From Oscillospiraceae bacterium (GTDB taxonomy: Bacteria > Bacillota > Clostridia > Oscillospirales > CAG-272): 40,618 bases of DNA. This document shows positions 1 to 8,606 of this stretch, in pieces (the stretch's first letter is position 1; the number at the start of each line of letters is the position of its first letter). Location of the stretch: NCBI GenBank assembly GCA_015065205.1, contig SVQS01000002.1, positions 1-40,618 of the forward strand. The letters are read 5' to 3'. Under the pieces are notes generated by a model. It was not told where the DNA came from. It saw only the letters and a program-made list of their open reading frames with translations, and did no database searches. A program made the position numbers and the translations under genes.

Positions 1-165
1 TGTTGATGTTTCGGGGAAACAGGTGAAAGTCCTGTACGAGCCCGTCGCCGTGAGGCACATTTTGTACACTATTCTTACCGAAAGCCGCATTTTGGGAAAG
101 AGCCATTGGAGCGATCCGAGAAGGCTGAGTAGCGTTGTGTCAAGTCGAAATACCCGGCATCTTAT
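1..165 (+). promoter_or_regulatory. Cobalamin (B12) riboswitch aptamer, possibly clipped at the 5' window edge
   Basis: Core strings typical of cobalamin riboswitches: GGGGAAACAGGTGAAAGTCC (13-32), GCCCGTCGCCGTGAGG (40-55), GCCATTGG...GAAGGC (102-125), and a B12-box-like AAGTCGAAATACCCGGC (142-158). It lies directly upstream of a DUF4430-like lipoprotein and an ECF S-component. Confidence 0.8.
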
Positions 166-234
166 AAAACGCTCCAAAATGAACTGCGGGCGCCGGTTCG
201 GAGTAGAAAACAAAATAAAAAGGAGAAAAAAGCA

Positions 235-681
235 ATGAAAATGACACAACCGAAAAAACTGCTGTCGCTCTTCCTTTGCTTGGTGCTGATTGCGGCTATG
301 GCACTTATGGCAACGGCTTGTAACGACATATTCAAAGATTTCTTCCAAAAAGAAGAAACCACAACACCCCAAGAGACAGAAGTTCCTGCCCATAAAAAGA
401 ACTTTACCTTCATTGTAGTTGATAAAGAAGGTAAAGAGACCTCTTTCTTGATCTCTACCGACAAAGCCACCGTCGGAGATGCTTTGGTGGCAGAAGGTTT
501 GATTGAAGGAGAAAAGGGAGCTTATGGCCTGTACGTAAAAAAAGTAAACGGTATTCTTGCCGATTATGATGTGGACCAAACTTATTGGGCTTTTTACATC
601 AATGGTGAATTAGCAATGAGTGGCGTAGATAGCACTCCTGTTGAAGAAGGCGCAACCTATTCGTTTAAGGTGGAAAAGTAA
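235..681 (+). CDS. Lipoprotein with DUF4430 / transcobalamin-like C-terminal domain (putative surface B12-binding protein)
   Basis: AGGAG RBS 9 nt upstream. Signal peptide with lipobox-like MATAC. C-terminal pattern GDALVAEGLIEG...YGLYVKKVNG...WAFYINGE...GATYSFK resembles DUF4430. Under the B12 riboswitch. Confidence 0.7.
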   Translation: MKMTQPKKLLSLFLCLVLIAAMALMATACNDIFKDFFQKEETTTPQETEVPAHKKNFTFIVVDKEGKETSFLISTDKATVGDALVAEGLIEGEKGAYGLYVKKVNGILADYDVDQTYWAFYINGELAMSGVDSTPVEEGATYSFKVEK

Positions 682-1215
682 TTGAGACCGCGTTATCGTT
701 ATAGAAAATTCAAAATTCGCGAAATTACCGTTTTTGCTATGCTTTCGGCGGTTATGTTTGTGTCCAAAGTGGTGATGGAAGGAATCCCAAACGTTCATTT
801 GTTGGGGACCTTAGTAATTGCTTTTACTCTTACATATCGCGCCAAAGCTCTATTTCCCATCTATGGATACGTCTTTGTCAACGGCATTTGGGAAGGATTC
901 AGTCCGTTTGGTTGGCTCCCCGAGTTGTACCTTTGGCTCATTCTTTGGGGGGCGGTAATGCTTTTGCCTAAAAAAATACCCGTTTACATCGCACCCGTAA
1001 TTTATATGCTTATATCAGCTCTTCACGGCCTGTTTTTCGGTGTGCTTTATGCACCCGTATATGCGTTATTTAGCGGAATGGGATGGGAGCGCGTTTGGCT
1101 GTGGGTTTTGGCAGGGCTACCGTTCGATCTAATTCACGGAATCGGAAATTTTATTTTGGGTACGCTTATTGTTCCCATTGCAACTCTCCTCAAAAAGCTC
1201 GATAAAAAAATATGA
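682..1215 (+). CDS. ECF-type transporter substrate-specific (S) component, putative cobalamin-related (CbrT-like)
   Basis: 177 aa, about 5-6 hydrophobic helices. TTG start immediately after the upstream stop. Co-transcribed behind the B12 riboswitch. The substrate assignment is inference from context only. Confidence 0.6.
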   Translation: MRPRYRYRKFKIREITVFAMLSAVMFVSKVVMEGIPNVHLLGTLVIAFTLTYRAKALFPIYGYVFVNGIWEGFSPFGWLPELYLWLILWGAVMLLPKKIPVYIAPVIYMLISALHGLFFGVLYAPVYALFSGMGWERVWLWVLAGLPFDLIHGIGNFILGTLIVPIATLLKKLDKKI

Positions 1216-1221
1216 TTTTTT

Positions 1222-1252
1222 GCAGTGTCACACCGTGTGGCACTGCTTTTTT
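1222..1252 (+). terminator. Rho-independent terminator of the riboswitch operon
   Basis: GCAGTGTCACA-ccg-TGTGGCACTGC stem followed by TTTTTT. Confidence 0.8.
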
Positions 1253-1272
1253 GTAAAAAAATCGGTTTTTGC

Positions 1273-1301
1273 TTGCAATTCCATACAAAGCGTGGTATAA
1301 T
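1273..1301 (+). promoter_or_regulatory. Sigma-A type promoter for pncB
   Basis: TTGCAA (1273-1278), 17 nt spacer, TATAAT (1296-1301) with upstream TG. Confidence 0.6.
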
Positions 1302-1340
1302 AGGTGCAATAAGTTCTACTTTTGAAAGAAGGGAAGAAAA

Positions 1341-2798
1341 ATGAAGGATATTTCAAGAAATTTGACGATGCTTTGTGATTTTTACGAACTCACAATGAGC
1401 AACGGCTATTTTGAATGTGGAATGAAGGACAAGATCGTCTATTTTGATATGTTCTATCGAGATAATCCTGATAATGGCGGTTATGCAATCGTTGCAGGAC
1501 TTGAACAGATAGTTGAATATGTCAACCAACTGCATTTTGACGAAGACGATATTGCTTATCTGCGTAGCAAAAACTGCTTTAGTGAAGAGTTTTTAGAGTT
1601 TTTGCGCACCTTCAAGTTTGAGGGCGATATTTGGGCGATTCCCGAAGGAACCGTTGTTTTCCCCGGAGAACCTCTTTTGATTGTTCGCGGAAAAGCCATT
1701 GAGGCACAGTTTATTGAAACATATCTGTTAATGATGGTCAATCATCAGTCTCTGATTGCAACTAAAGCATCAAGACTCGCGCGTGCCGCAAAGGGTAGAG
1801 CCATTAGCGAGTTCGGTTCCCGTCGCGCACAAGGTGCAGATGCCGCTATTCTTGGTGCACGTGCCGCATATATTGGCGGTTGCGGTGCTACTGCTTGTAC
1901 CATTACAGATGAAGTCTATGGCGTTCCCGCAACGGGTACAATGGCACATTCTTGGGTGCAAATGTTTGATACCGAGTATGAAGCTTTCAAAACCTATTGC
2001 AACATCTATCCCAATTCCTGCACGCTTCTTGTTGATACCTACAGTGTCATTGATTCCGGTGTGCCGAATGCCATTCGTGTATTCGACGAAATTCTCAAGC
2101 CCCGTGGCATTACCAAATGTGCTATCCGCATTGACTCGGGCGATATCACATATCTTTCCAAAAAGGTTCGTAAAATGCTGGACGATGCCGGTTGGACAGA
2201 ATGCAAAATCGTTGTTTCTAACTCGCTTGATGAATATTTGATCCGTGAGCTCATTCGCCAGGGGGCTTGCGTAGATGCTTTTGGCGTTGGTGAACGTCTT
2301 ATTACAGCAAAGAGTGATCCTGTTTTTGGCGGTGTTTACAAGGTTTGCGCTGTTGAAAACGATAAGGGCGAGATTATTCCCAAGATCAAGATCAGCGAAA
2401 ATGTTGGTAAAATTACCACACCGCATTTTAAGAAGATCTATCGTTTGTGTGATAAGGATACAGGAAAGGCAGAGGCAGATCTTATTTGTGTTTGGGATGA
2501 GGTGATTGATGATAGCAAACCATTGGAAATCTTTGATCCACAACACACTTGGAAGCGCAAAATAATGAAGAATTTTACCGCGACCGAATTGCTTGTTCCC
2601 GTGTTTGAAAAGGGAAAACAGGTTTACGAACTTCCCACACTGCAACAGATCCGTCAACATTGTGAGGAAGAGATTGCAGGAATGTGGGACGAAGTTCGCC
2701 GCTTTAGCAACCCGCATAACTATTACGTAGACCTTTCGCAAAAGCTTTGGGATATCAAACACGATATGCTCAAAGCACGCAAGGGACAAAACGAATAA
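1341..2798 (+). CDS. pncB: Nicotinate phosphoribosyltransferase
   Basis: 485 aa. N-terminal LCDFYELTMSNGYF and ATGTMAHSWVQ motifs typical of NAPRTase. GGGAAG RBS. Confidence 0.9.
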   Translation: MKDISRNLTMLCDFYELTMSNGYFECGMKDKIVYFDMFYRDNPDNGGYAIVAGLEQIVEYVNQLHFDEDDIAYLRSKNCFSEEFLEFLRTFKFEGDIWAIPEGTVVFPGEPLLIVRGKAIEAQFIETYLLMMVNHQSLIATKASRLARAAKGRAISEFGSRRAQGADAAILGARAAYIGGCGATACTITDEVYGVPATGTMAHSWVQMFDTEYEAFKTYCNIYPNSCTLLVDTYSVIDSGVPNAIRVFDEILKPRGITKCAIRIDSGDITYLSKKVRKMLDDAGWTECKIVVSNSLDEYLIRELIRQGACVDAFGVGERLITAKSDPVFGGVYKVCAVENDKGEIIPKIKISENVGKITTPHFKKIYRLCDKDTGKAEADLICVWDEVIDDSKPLEIFDPQHTWKRKIMKNFTATELLVPVFEKGKQVYELPTLQQIRQHCEEEIAGMWDEVRRFSNPHNYYVDLSQKLWDIKHDMLKARKGQNE

Positions 2799-2804
2799 AA
2801 TGGT

Positions 2805-2840
2805 ACCCGAAACGTACAATTTTGTGCGTTTCGGGTTTTT
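2805..2840 (+). terminator. Rho-independent terminator after pncB
   Basis: ACCCGAAACG ... CGTTTCGGGT stem followed by TTTT. Confidence 0.8.
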
Positions 2841-2900
2841 CATTGTTACAAAAATGTCGAAGAAAATGGCAAAAAAATTAAAGTTTTTTATAAAATCCTA

Positions 2901-2929
2901 TTGGAATTTATAAATGTATATGTTATAAT
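2901..2929 (+). promoter_or_regulatory. Sigma-A type promoter for cdaA
   Basis: TTGGAA (2901-2906), 17 nt spacer, TATAAT (2924-2929) with TG extension. Confidence 0.55.
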
Positions 2930-2969
2930 AAAAGAGAATATGGTCAAAACAGACTTTTGGAGGCGGAAT

Positions 2970-4016
2970 ATGAATTTTTGGTCAGAGATTTGGGCTCGAA
3001 TCTGTAATTTTTTTATGCAGTACGTAGCACAACCAATTATGAATATGAATGCGCGCGATATTGTCGACGTGCTTCTTTTGGCGCTCATTCTCTATGAGCT
3101 TTTCCGCTTTGTCAAAAACAGACGCGCAGGTCGTGTTACAATTGGTCTTTTGATTGTAATGTTCCTATTGATGCTGGTACAGCTTTTGGATTTGCCTGCG
3201 CTCACCTATATCAGTCGCTTGTTCGGTGCCGCGGCCTTTTTCTGCATTGTTGTTATCTATCAGCCCGAAATTCGTGATGCGCTGGAACGCATAGGGAACT
3301 CTACGTTCCTCAATCCGCGCAGCGATACTATACCGCGCAAACATTTGCCTCTTGCCAAATCCACGTCCGAAGAAATCACCGATGCTGTTTTTGAGATGTC
3401 TGAAAAGAGAGTAGGCGCTCTCATTGTTATGGAAGGTCTTACAAGACTTGGTGACTATATTCAAACCGGTAAAATTATTGATGCTCGTGTTACCTCGCAT
3501 CTTTTGCAAAATATCTTTTACGATAAAGCACCTCTGCACGACGGTGCCGTCGTTATTCGCGATATGCGTATTTGGGCGGCAAGCTGTGTGCTACCTTCCA
3601 GCAATGGAGAATTGGACTTTGGAAGCATGGGCACCCGTCACCGTGCGGCAGTTGGTGTTACCGAAGTGAGTGATGCCTTGGTCATTATCGTATCCGAGGA
3701 AACCGGCGCAGTTTCTCTTGCTCAGGATGGTAAGCTTTTGCGCCATGTCGACAAAGAGACTTTGTACGATGTTTTAATGACCTATCTTGCTGGCAGACTA
3801 TATCTGCGCAAGAAACGCGGTGTTCACGTCAATCCTTTTGACCGCGTTCCGCTCTATCATCGTCAAACAGAAGAGACGAGTGATCTGATGGATATGGGAC
3901 AAATCAGTATTACTGAAGAAGAAAATACCGTTCCTATTCAGGAGGAAGCGGTGGTTGTTGAGGATGATACCGAAGCTCCGACCGATGAAGAAACCGACAA
4001 AGACGATACACTCTAA
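2970..4016 (+). CDS. cdaA: Diadenylate cyclase CdaA (c-di-AMP synthase) with about 75 aa acidic C-terminal extension
   Basis: GGAGG RBS before the ATG at 2970; the ORF-track start 2901 lies inside the promoter. N-terminal TM helices. DAC-domain motifs DGAVVI, GTRHRAAVG, VSEETGAVS. Confidence 0.9.
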   Translation: MNFWSEIWARICNFFMQYVAQPIMNMNARDIVDVLLLALILYELFRFVKNRRAGRVTIGLLIVMFLLMLVQLLDLPALTYISRLFGAAAFFCIVVIYQPEIRDALERIGNSTFLNPRSDTIPRKHLPLAKSTSEEITDAVFEMSEKRVGALIVMEGLTRLGDYIQTGKIIDARVTSHLLQNIFYDKAPLHDGAVVIRDMRIWAASCVLPSSNGELDFGSMGTRHRAAVGVTEVSDALVIIVSEETGAVSLAQDGKLLRHVDKETLYDVLMTYLAGRLYLRKKRGVHVNPFDRVPLYHRQTEETSDLMDMGQISITEEENTVPIQEEAVVVEDDTEAPTDEETDKDDTL

Positions 4017-4049
4017 TTGTTCCAATGAAAGACTGAGGAGGAAAGTACA

Positions 4050-4214
4050 ATGAAAAAGAATGCTGTTGGAAGAATTCTTTATCAAAAGGTCCCCGCAAAG
4101 AGCAGACTTGCATCTTTGCATATTCCTGCACGTATTGTTTGTCTTTTGTTGGCACTTTTGGTTTGGTTAACTGTATCGGCTCTGGGGGCTGATGCTATGG
4201 GATTATCTCTATGA
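4050..4214 (+). CDS. 54-aa single-pass membrane mini-protein in the position normally occupied by cdaR (YbbR-domain regulator)
   Basis: GAGGAGG RBS 9 nt upstream. MKKNAVGRILYQKVPAKSRLASLHIPARIVCLLLALLVWLTVSALGADAMGLSL. The stop overlaps the next start (ATGA). Not in the ORF track because it is under 60 aa. Confidence 0.45.
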   Translation: MKKNAVGRILYQKVPAKSRLASLHIPARIVCLLLALLVWLTVSALGADAMGLSL

Positions 4215-5848
4215 GGAAAACCAAACTCCTTATCGAAAGGATTCGTGTGAGCATTGATAGCTCAGACGAAATGATTGCAGACAAGGCAAAAGAAAAAATG
4301 AAGCGGGCGGGAATTGACACCTCCACGCTTCATTTTCGGCTTTATAAAAAATCCATCGACGCCCGAAACAAAGCGGATATTCGCTTTGAATGTGCTGTTT
4401 TGACAGAGGGAGAGCTTCTAAACAAAGCTTTGGATGAAAAGATACTATCTCGTTGCCAAGCCCGCGTTTTGCACGAGGAAGATCCGACGCTTGTGTTTGG
4501 CAAACAGCCGATGTCTGCCGCACCCGTTGTGGTTGGCATGGGACCTGCCGGACTTTTTGCGGCACTATTATTGGCGCAAAATGGATATGCTCCCATACTG
4601 ATTGACCGCGGCGGCTCGATTGCCGAGCGCGCGGCTGACGTTACCCGTTTTCGCAATGAGGGAATTCTGAATACAGAATCGAACGTTCAATTCGGTGCCG
4701 GTGGTGCAGGAACCTTTTCGGATGGAAAGTTGATTACGCGTATCAACGATTCGCTCTGCAATTATGTGCTCAAATCCTTGGTGGCGTTTGGTGCGCCCGA
4801 GGATATCAAGGTCAAAGCGAAGCCGCATATCGGTACCGATATTTTACGCGTGGTGGTTGATAACATCTTGCACGAGATTGAACGTCTCGGAGGGCGAGTT
4901 ATTTATCATTGCCGAATGGATGGGATTGCGGAGAGCGCTGACAAAACGCTTTCTGTCAAGACCACACAAGGGGATTTATTAGCAGGAGCTCTTCTGTTAG
5001 CTCCCGGACACAGCGCAAGAGATACCTATCGCTATCTTATTGAGCAAAATTATGCTATTGAGGCAAAACCAATGTCCGTAGGTGCTCGTGTGGAACATTT
5101 GCAAGCCGATATTGACCGCGCCCTCTACGGCGACTTTGCGGGGCATCCCAATCTCGGCCCCGCTGAATACGCGCTTTCCGATACCAAAGGGGAACGCGGG
5201 GTTTATACTTTCTGTATGTGCCCCGGTGGTGAGGTCGTAGCAGCAGCTTCCGAGGAGGGCGGATTGGTTGTTAACGGTATGAGTTATCACGCTCGTAACA
5301 ACCCCAATGCAAACGCGGCGGTTGCTGTGTCTGTCAGATGCGAGGACTATGAAAAAGAAAAGGGAAGTGTTCCTCTCGGAGCAATTGCTTTTCAGCGCCG
5401 CATCGAACGTGCTGCTTTTCTTGCGGGTGGCAAGGATTACTGTGCCCCCATAATGACGATGCAAGATTTTCTTGGCGACAGGCATACACATGCTCGTGGG
5501 CGTGTGACACCCTCTTATCGGGATGGTAAGGTCAGAGAGGCGGATTTTGGCCAAGTATTCCCGTCATTTATTACCGATTCTTTACGCTATGGATTCCGTT
5601 CCTTTGGGCAAAAAATAAAGGGCTTTGATGCGCCTGATACAATCCTGACTGCGGCAGAGACGCGTACGTCAGCACCGGTTCGTATTTTACGCAACAAAGA
5701 AACAATGACTGCTGTAGGTCATCCGCTCATTTACCCTTGCGGCGAAGGCGCCGGATATGCCGGCGGTATTACAAGTGCGGCTGTGGACGGTCTGCGCGCA
5801 GCAATGGCGTTGATGTCGACAAAAGCACCTATAAAAGAAAATCAATAA
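4211..5848 (+). CDS. FAD-dependent dehydrogenase (COG2509-like, NAD(FAD)-utilizing)
   Basis: 545 aa. Dinucleotide-binding VVVGMGPAGLFAALLLA. C-terminal GEGAGYAGGI motif typical of this family. Confidence 0.75.
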   Translation: MRKTKLLIERIRVSIDSSDEMIADKAKEKMKRAGIDTSTLHFRLYKKSIDARNKADIRFECAVLTEGELLNKALDEKILSRCQARVLHEEDPTLVFGKQPMSAAPVVVGMGPAGLFAALLLAQNGYAPILIDRGGSIAERAADVTRFRNEGILNTESNVQFGAGGAGTFSDGKLITRINDSLCNYVLKSLVAFGAPEDIKVKAKPHIGTDILRVVVDNILHEIERLGGRVIYHCRMDGIAESADKTLSVKTTQGDLLAGALLLAPGHSARDTYRYLIEQNYAIEAKPMSVGARVEHLQADIDRALYGDFAGHPNLGPAEYALSDTKGERGVYTFCMCPGGEVVAAASEEGGLVVNGMSYHARNNPNANAAVAVSVRCEDYEKEKGSVPLGAIAFQRRIERAAFLAGGKDYCAPIMTMQDFLGDRHTHARGRVTPSYRDGKVREADFGQVFPSFITDSLRYGFRSFGQKIKGFDAPDTILTAAETRTSAPVRILRNKETMTAVGHPLIYPCGEGAGYAGGITSAAVDGLRAAMALMSTKAPIKENQ

Positions 5849-5860
5849 GGAGAAAACGCA

Positions 5861-6301
5861 ATGCAAACAAAGGCAGTGGTTGTTGCAACGCACGGTGAAT
5901 TTGCCACCGTTGAAACAGAACGCAAGTCGGCTTGCGACGGATGTCACAAGGCCGAAAAGGGTGGTTGCTCGGTTTGCTCCCTGATGGGAGGCGAGCGCAA
6001 AATATCAACCAAGGCACTTAATGCTGTTGGGGCAAAAATCGGAGATGCTGTAATCATTGAAAGCAAAACCACGAGAATGCTTTGGTACGGTCTTCTTGTT
6101 TTCATTCTGCCTATCGTAATCGCTTTGCTTGCGTGGGGAGTTGCTTCTCAATTTACCGCTAATATTGCAATCCAAACGATTTCTGCTTTCGCAGGGTTTG
6201 CGTTTTCGCTCTTTGGCGTTGCTCTCTATTCCAAAAAGGTCTTGACGTGCCGTTGTGACGTTGAGATTGTTGAAATTTTGGGAGAAAAAACAGAAAAATA
6301 A
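5861..6301 (+). CDS. RseC/MucC-family (SoxR-reducing system) membrane protein
   Basis: 146 aa. N-terminal beta domain with a Cys cluster (CDGCHK...CSVCS) followed by two TM helices, as in RseC-like proteins. Confidence 0.65.
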   Translation: MQTKAVVVATHGEFATVETERKSACDGCHKAEKGGCSVCSLMGGERKISTKALNAVGAKIGDAVIIESKTTRMLWYGLLVFILPIVIALLAWGVASQFTANIAIQTISAFAGFAFSLFGVALYSKKVLTCRCDVEIVEILGEKTEK

Positions 6302-6376
6302 TTTTTAAGAATTTTAGACGATGATTTGGACGGTAAGTATGCCGATGGATCTTATTGCCCACAGAAAGAGATAGGA

Positions 6377-8578
6377 ATGAAAGAATTAAAAAAGAAAAAG
6401 AAATGGAGTATACGGTATGCTCCCACTGCCGAGAATACGGCCGCTGTCAAGAGACTTGCAGAGCAACTGGGAGTTTCTCTGACAACTGCAAAGTTGCTTT
6501 TTACGCGCGGATTGTGCACGGCAGAGCTGGCAACCGCATTTTTAAAACAGGCAGAAACGAGCTTGCACGATCCCTTTAAGCTCAAAGATATTGAACTCGC
6601 TGTGGAGCGTATTCTTAGAGCACTTGAGAAGGGAGAAAAAATTGCAATTTACGGAGACTATGACGTAGACGGTGTTACCTCCGTCAGCCTCCTTTACACA
6701 TATTTGAGTCGCCTTGGCGCAAATATCGGATATTATATCCCTTGTCGCAGCCGTGAAGGTTACGGTCTTTCCACCTCTGCGATCGATACACTCAAAGACA
6801 AAGGAGTGGAATTGATCATTACGGTCGATACCGGCATTACCGCTATCGAAGAGGTTGCGTATGCTTCGCAGATGGGGATCGATACGGTGGTTACCGACCA
6901 CCACGAGTGTCGTCCTGAGCTTCCCGAGGCTTGTGCGCTTGTCAATCCTCATCGTCCCGACGACGATTATCCGTTCAAGGATCTTGCCGGTGTTGGTGTC
7001 GTATTTAAATTGATTTGTGCGCTTGAAATGACAAGATGTCGCTGTGATGGACGCTCTGAAATTGACGGTGTGAGAGAAATTTGCCGTGAATATGCCGACC
7101 TCGTTGCCATTGGTACGATTGCCGACGTAATGCCCATTGTAGACGAAAACCGTCTGATTGTAGCACTTGGACTTAAGCTGGTAGAAGAAACCAAACGTCC
7201 CGGCTTGCGTGCGTTGATCGATGCCGCATTGGGAAATAAAGTGGGTGATCATAGATTCCCACCTAAAAAAAGAAAGATAAATTCCGGTTTTATCGGTTTC
7301 GTTTTGGCACCGCGCATCAACGCTGCGGGACGCGTCAGCAGTGCATCCATTGCTGTAGAACTCTTGCTTGCAACCGATGAAGACCGTGCCGCGGAGCTTG
7401 CTGAAGAGCTTTGTGCCTTGAACACCACTCGTCAGGTTGAAGAAAATCGCATTGCCACAGAGGTTTATCAAAAGATTGAACAAATGTCGCCCGAGCTTTG
7501 CGACCGCATTATCGTTATCGAGGGGGATACGTGGCAGCAGGGCATTATCGGTATCGTATCCTCACGTATTACCGAAAGATACGGGCTTCCGTCTATTTTG
7601 ATTTCCTTTGACGGCGCTACACGCGGTTATCCGAGCGACGATGACCTTGGAAAAGGATCGGGAAGAAGTATTAAAGGATTAAATCTTGTAGAAGCACTTG
7701 CAAATAGCGAAGAATATCTCGCTCGTTTTGGCGGTCATGAGTTGGCTGCGGGTCTAACCATTCGCCGCGGCAATATCGATGCTTTCCGCAAGCGCATCAA
7801 TCAATACGCACACGAACAACTCACAGAAGATATGCTTTGCATCTCTGTTGATGCCGATTGTGAAGTGCAAATGCAAGAACTGACCCTTGCTTTGGCACAA
7901 GAAATTGATAAATTAGAACCCTTTGGTACATCCAATCCCGTGCCTAATTTTGTTTTGCGTGATGCAACACTTTTGCGTGTTATTCCTATGGGGAACGGCA
8001 AGCATACAAAGCTGATAATTGAAAAAGACGGTATTTCAATGGTTGCCGTTTGGTTTGGAACAGAGTATACAGCGCTTCCGTTTGAGATTGGCGACCGTCT
8101 TGATGTGATGTTTCAGCTCAATATCAACGAGTTCCAAAACGTAACTTCATTACAAATGATCGTGCAGGATATTCAACTTTCTCATTCCTATGAAGATTCC
8201 TTCCGCGATGCGTGGGAGCGTTACGAGGAAATCCGTCTTGGTGCACCTATCACGGCAGAGGAAGATGTTATCCCCACGCGTGATGATATGGCGTGTGTTT
8301 ACACACTTCTGCGCCGCGAGCATCAAATCGGGCATACCTATTTTCCAATTCGGCGTATCCTTTCTATGGTCGCTCAACATGGAACTCCGATTGGATATTA
8401 CAAGCTCAAAACCATTATTCGCATTATGCAGGAGCTCAATATTTGCGAGATTACAGAGCCCCTGAAAGATTGTTTTGTGTTTGATTTTTATTTCAACCCC
8501 ACAAAAACCAGCATTGATAAATCCTCTATCCTCAAAAAGCTGAAGCTTCAGCTTGCCAAAGGAGAGGAACCTCGATAA
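6377..8578 (+). CDS. recJ: Single-stranded-DNA-specific exonuclease RecJ
   Basis: DHH motifs IAIYGDYDVDGVTS, ITVDTG, VTDHH and DHHA1 motif FGGHELAAG. Start chosen at MKELKKK (6377). Confidence 0.9.
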   Translation: MKELKKKKKWSIRYAPTAENTAAVKRLAEQLGVSLTTAKLLFTRGLCTAELATAFLKQAETSLHDPFKLKDIELAVERILRALEKGEKIAIYGDYDVDGVTSVSLLYTYLSRLGANIGYYIPCRSREGYGLSTSAIDTLKDKGVELIITVDTGITAIEEVAYASQMGIDTVVTDHHECRPELPEACALVNPHRPDDDYPFKDLAGVGVVFKLICALEMTRCRCDGRSEIDGVREICREYADLVAIGTIADVMPIVDENRLIVALGLKLVEETKRPGLRALIDAALGNKVGDHRFPPKKRKINSGFIGFVLAPRINAAGRVSSASIAVELLLATDEDRAAELAEELCALNTTRQVEENRIATEVYQKIEQMSPELCDRIIVIEGDTWQQGIIGIVSSRITERYGLPSILISFDGATRGYPSDDDLGKGSGRSIKGLNLVEALANSEEYLARFGGHELAAGLTIRRGNIDAFRKRINQYAHEQLTEDMLCISVDADCEVQMQELTLALAQEIDKLEPFGTSNPVPNFVLRDATLLRVIPMGNGKHTKLIIEKDGISMVAVWFGTEYTALPFEIGDRLDVMFQLNINEFQNVTSLQMIVQDIQLSHSYEDSFRDAWERYEEIRLGAPITAEEDVIPTRDDMACVYTLLRREHQIGHTYFPIRRILSMVAQHGTPIGYYKLKTIIRIMQELNICEITEPLKDCFVFDFYFNPTKTSIDKSSILKKLKLQLAKGEEPR

Positions 8579-8606
8579 AATCCGTTACGCGAAAGGCGGT
8601 GAAGAT

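Noticed and set aside
1770-2843. 357-aa antisense ORF inside pncB
   Set aside because: It is a shadow ORF opposite a well-supported gene. It has low-complexity, Cys/Asn/Ile-rich composition, and no RBS or recognisable motifs. The same reasoning applies to 6542-7483 (opposite recJ), 32854-33534 (opposite potA) and 37895-38620 (opposite the metallophosphoesterase gene).
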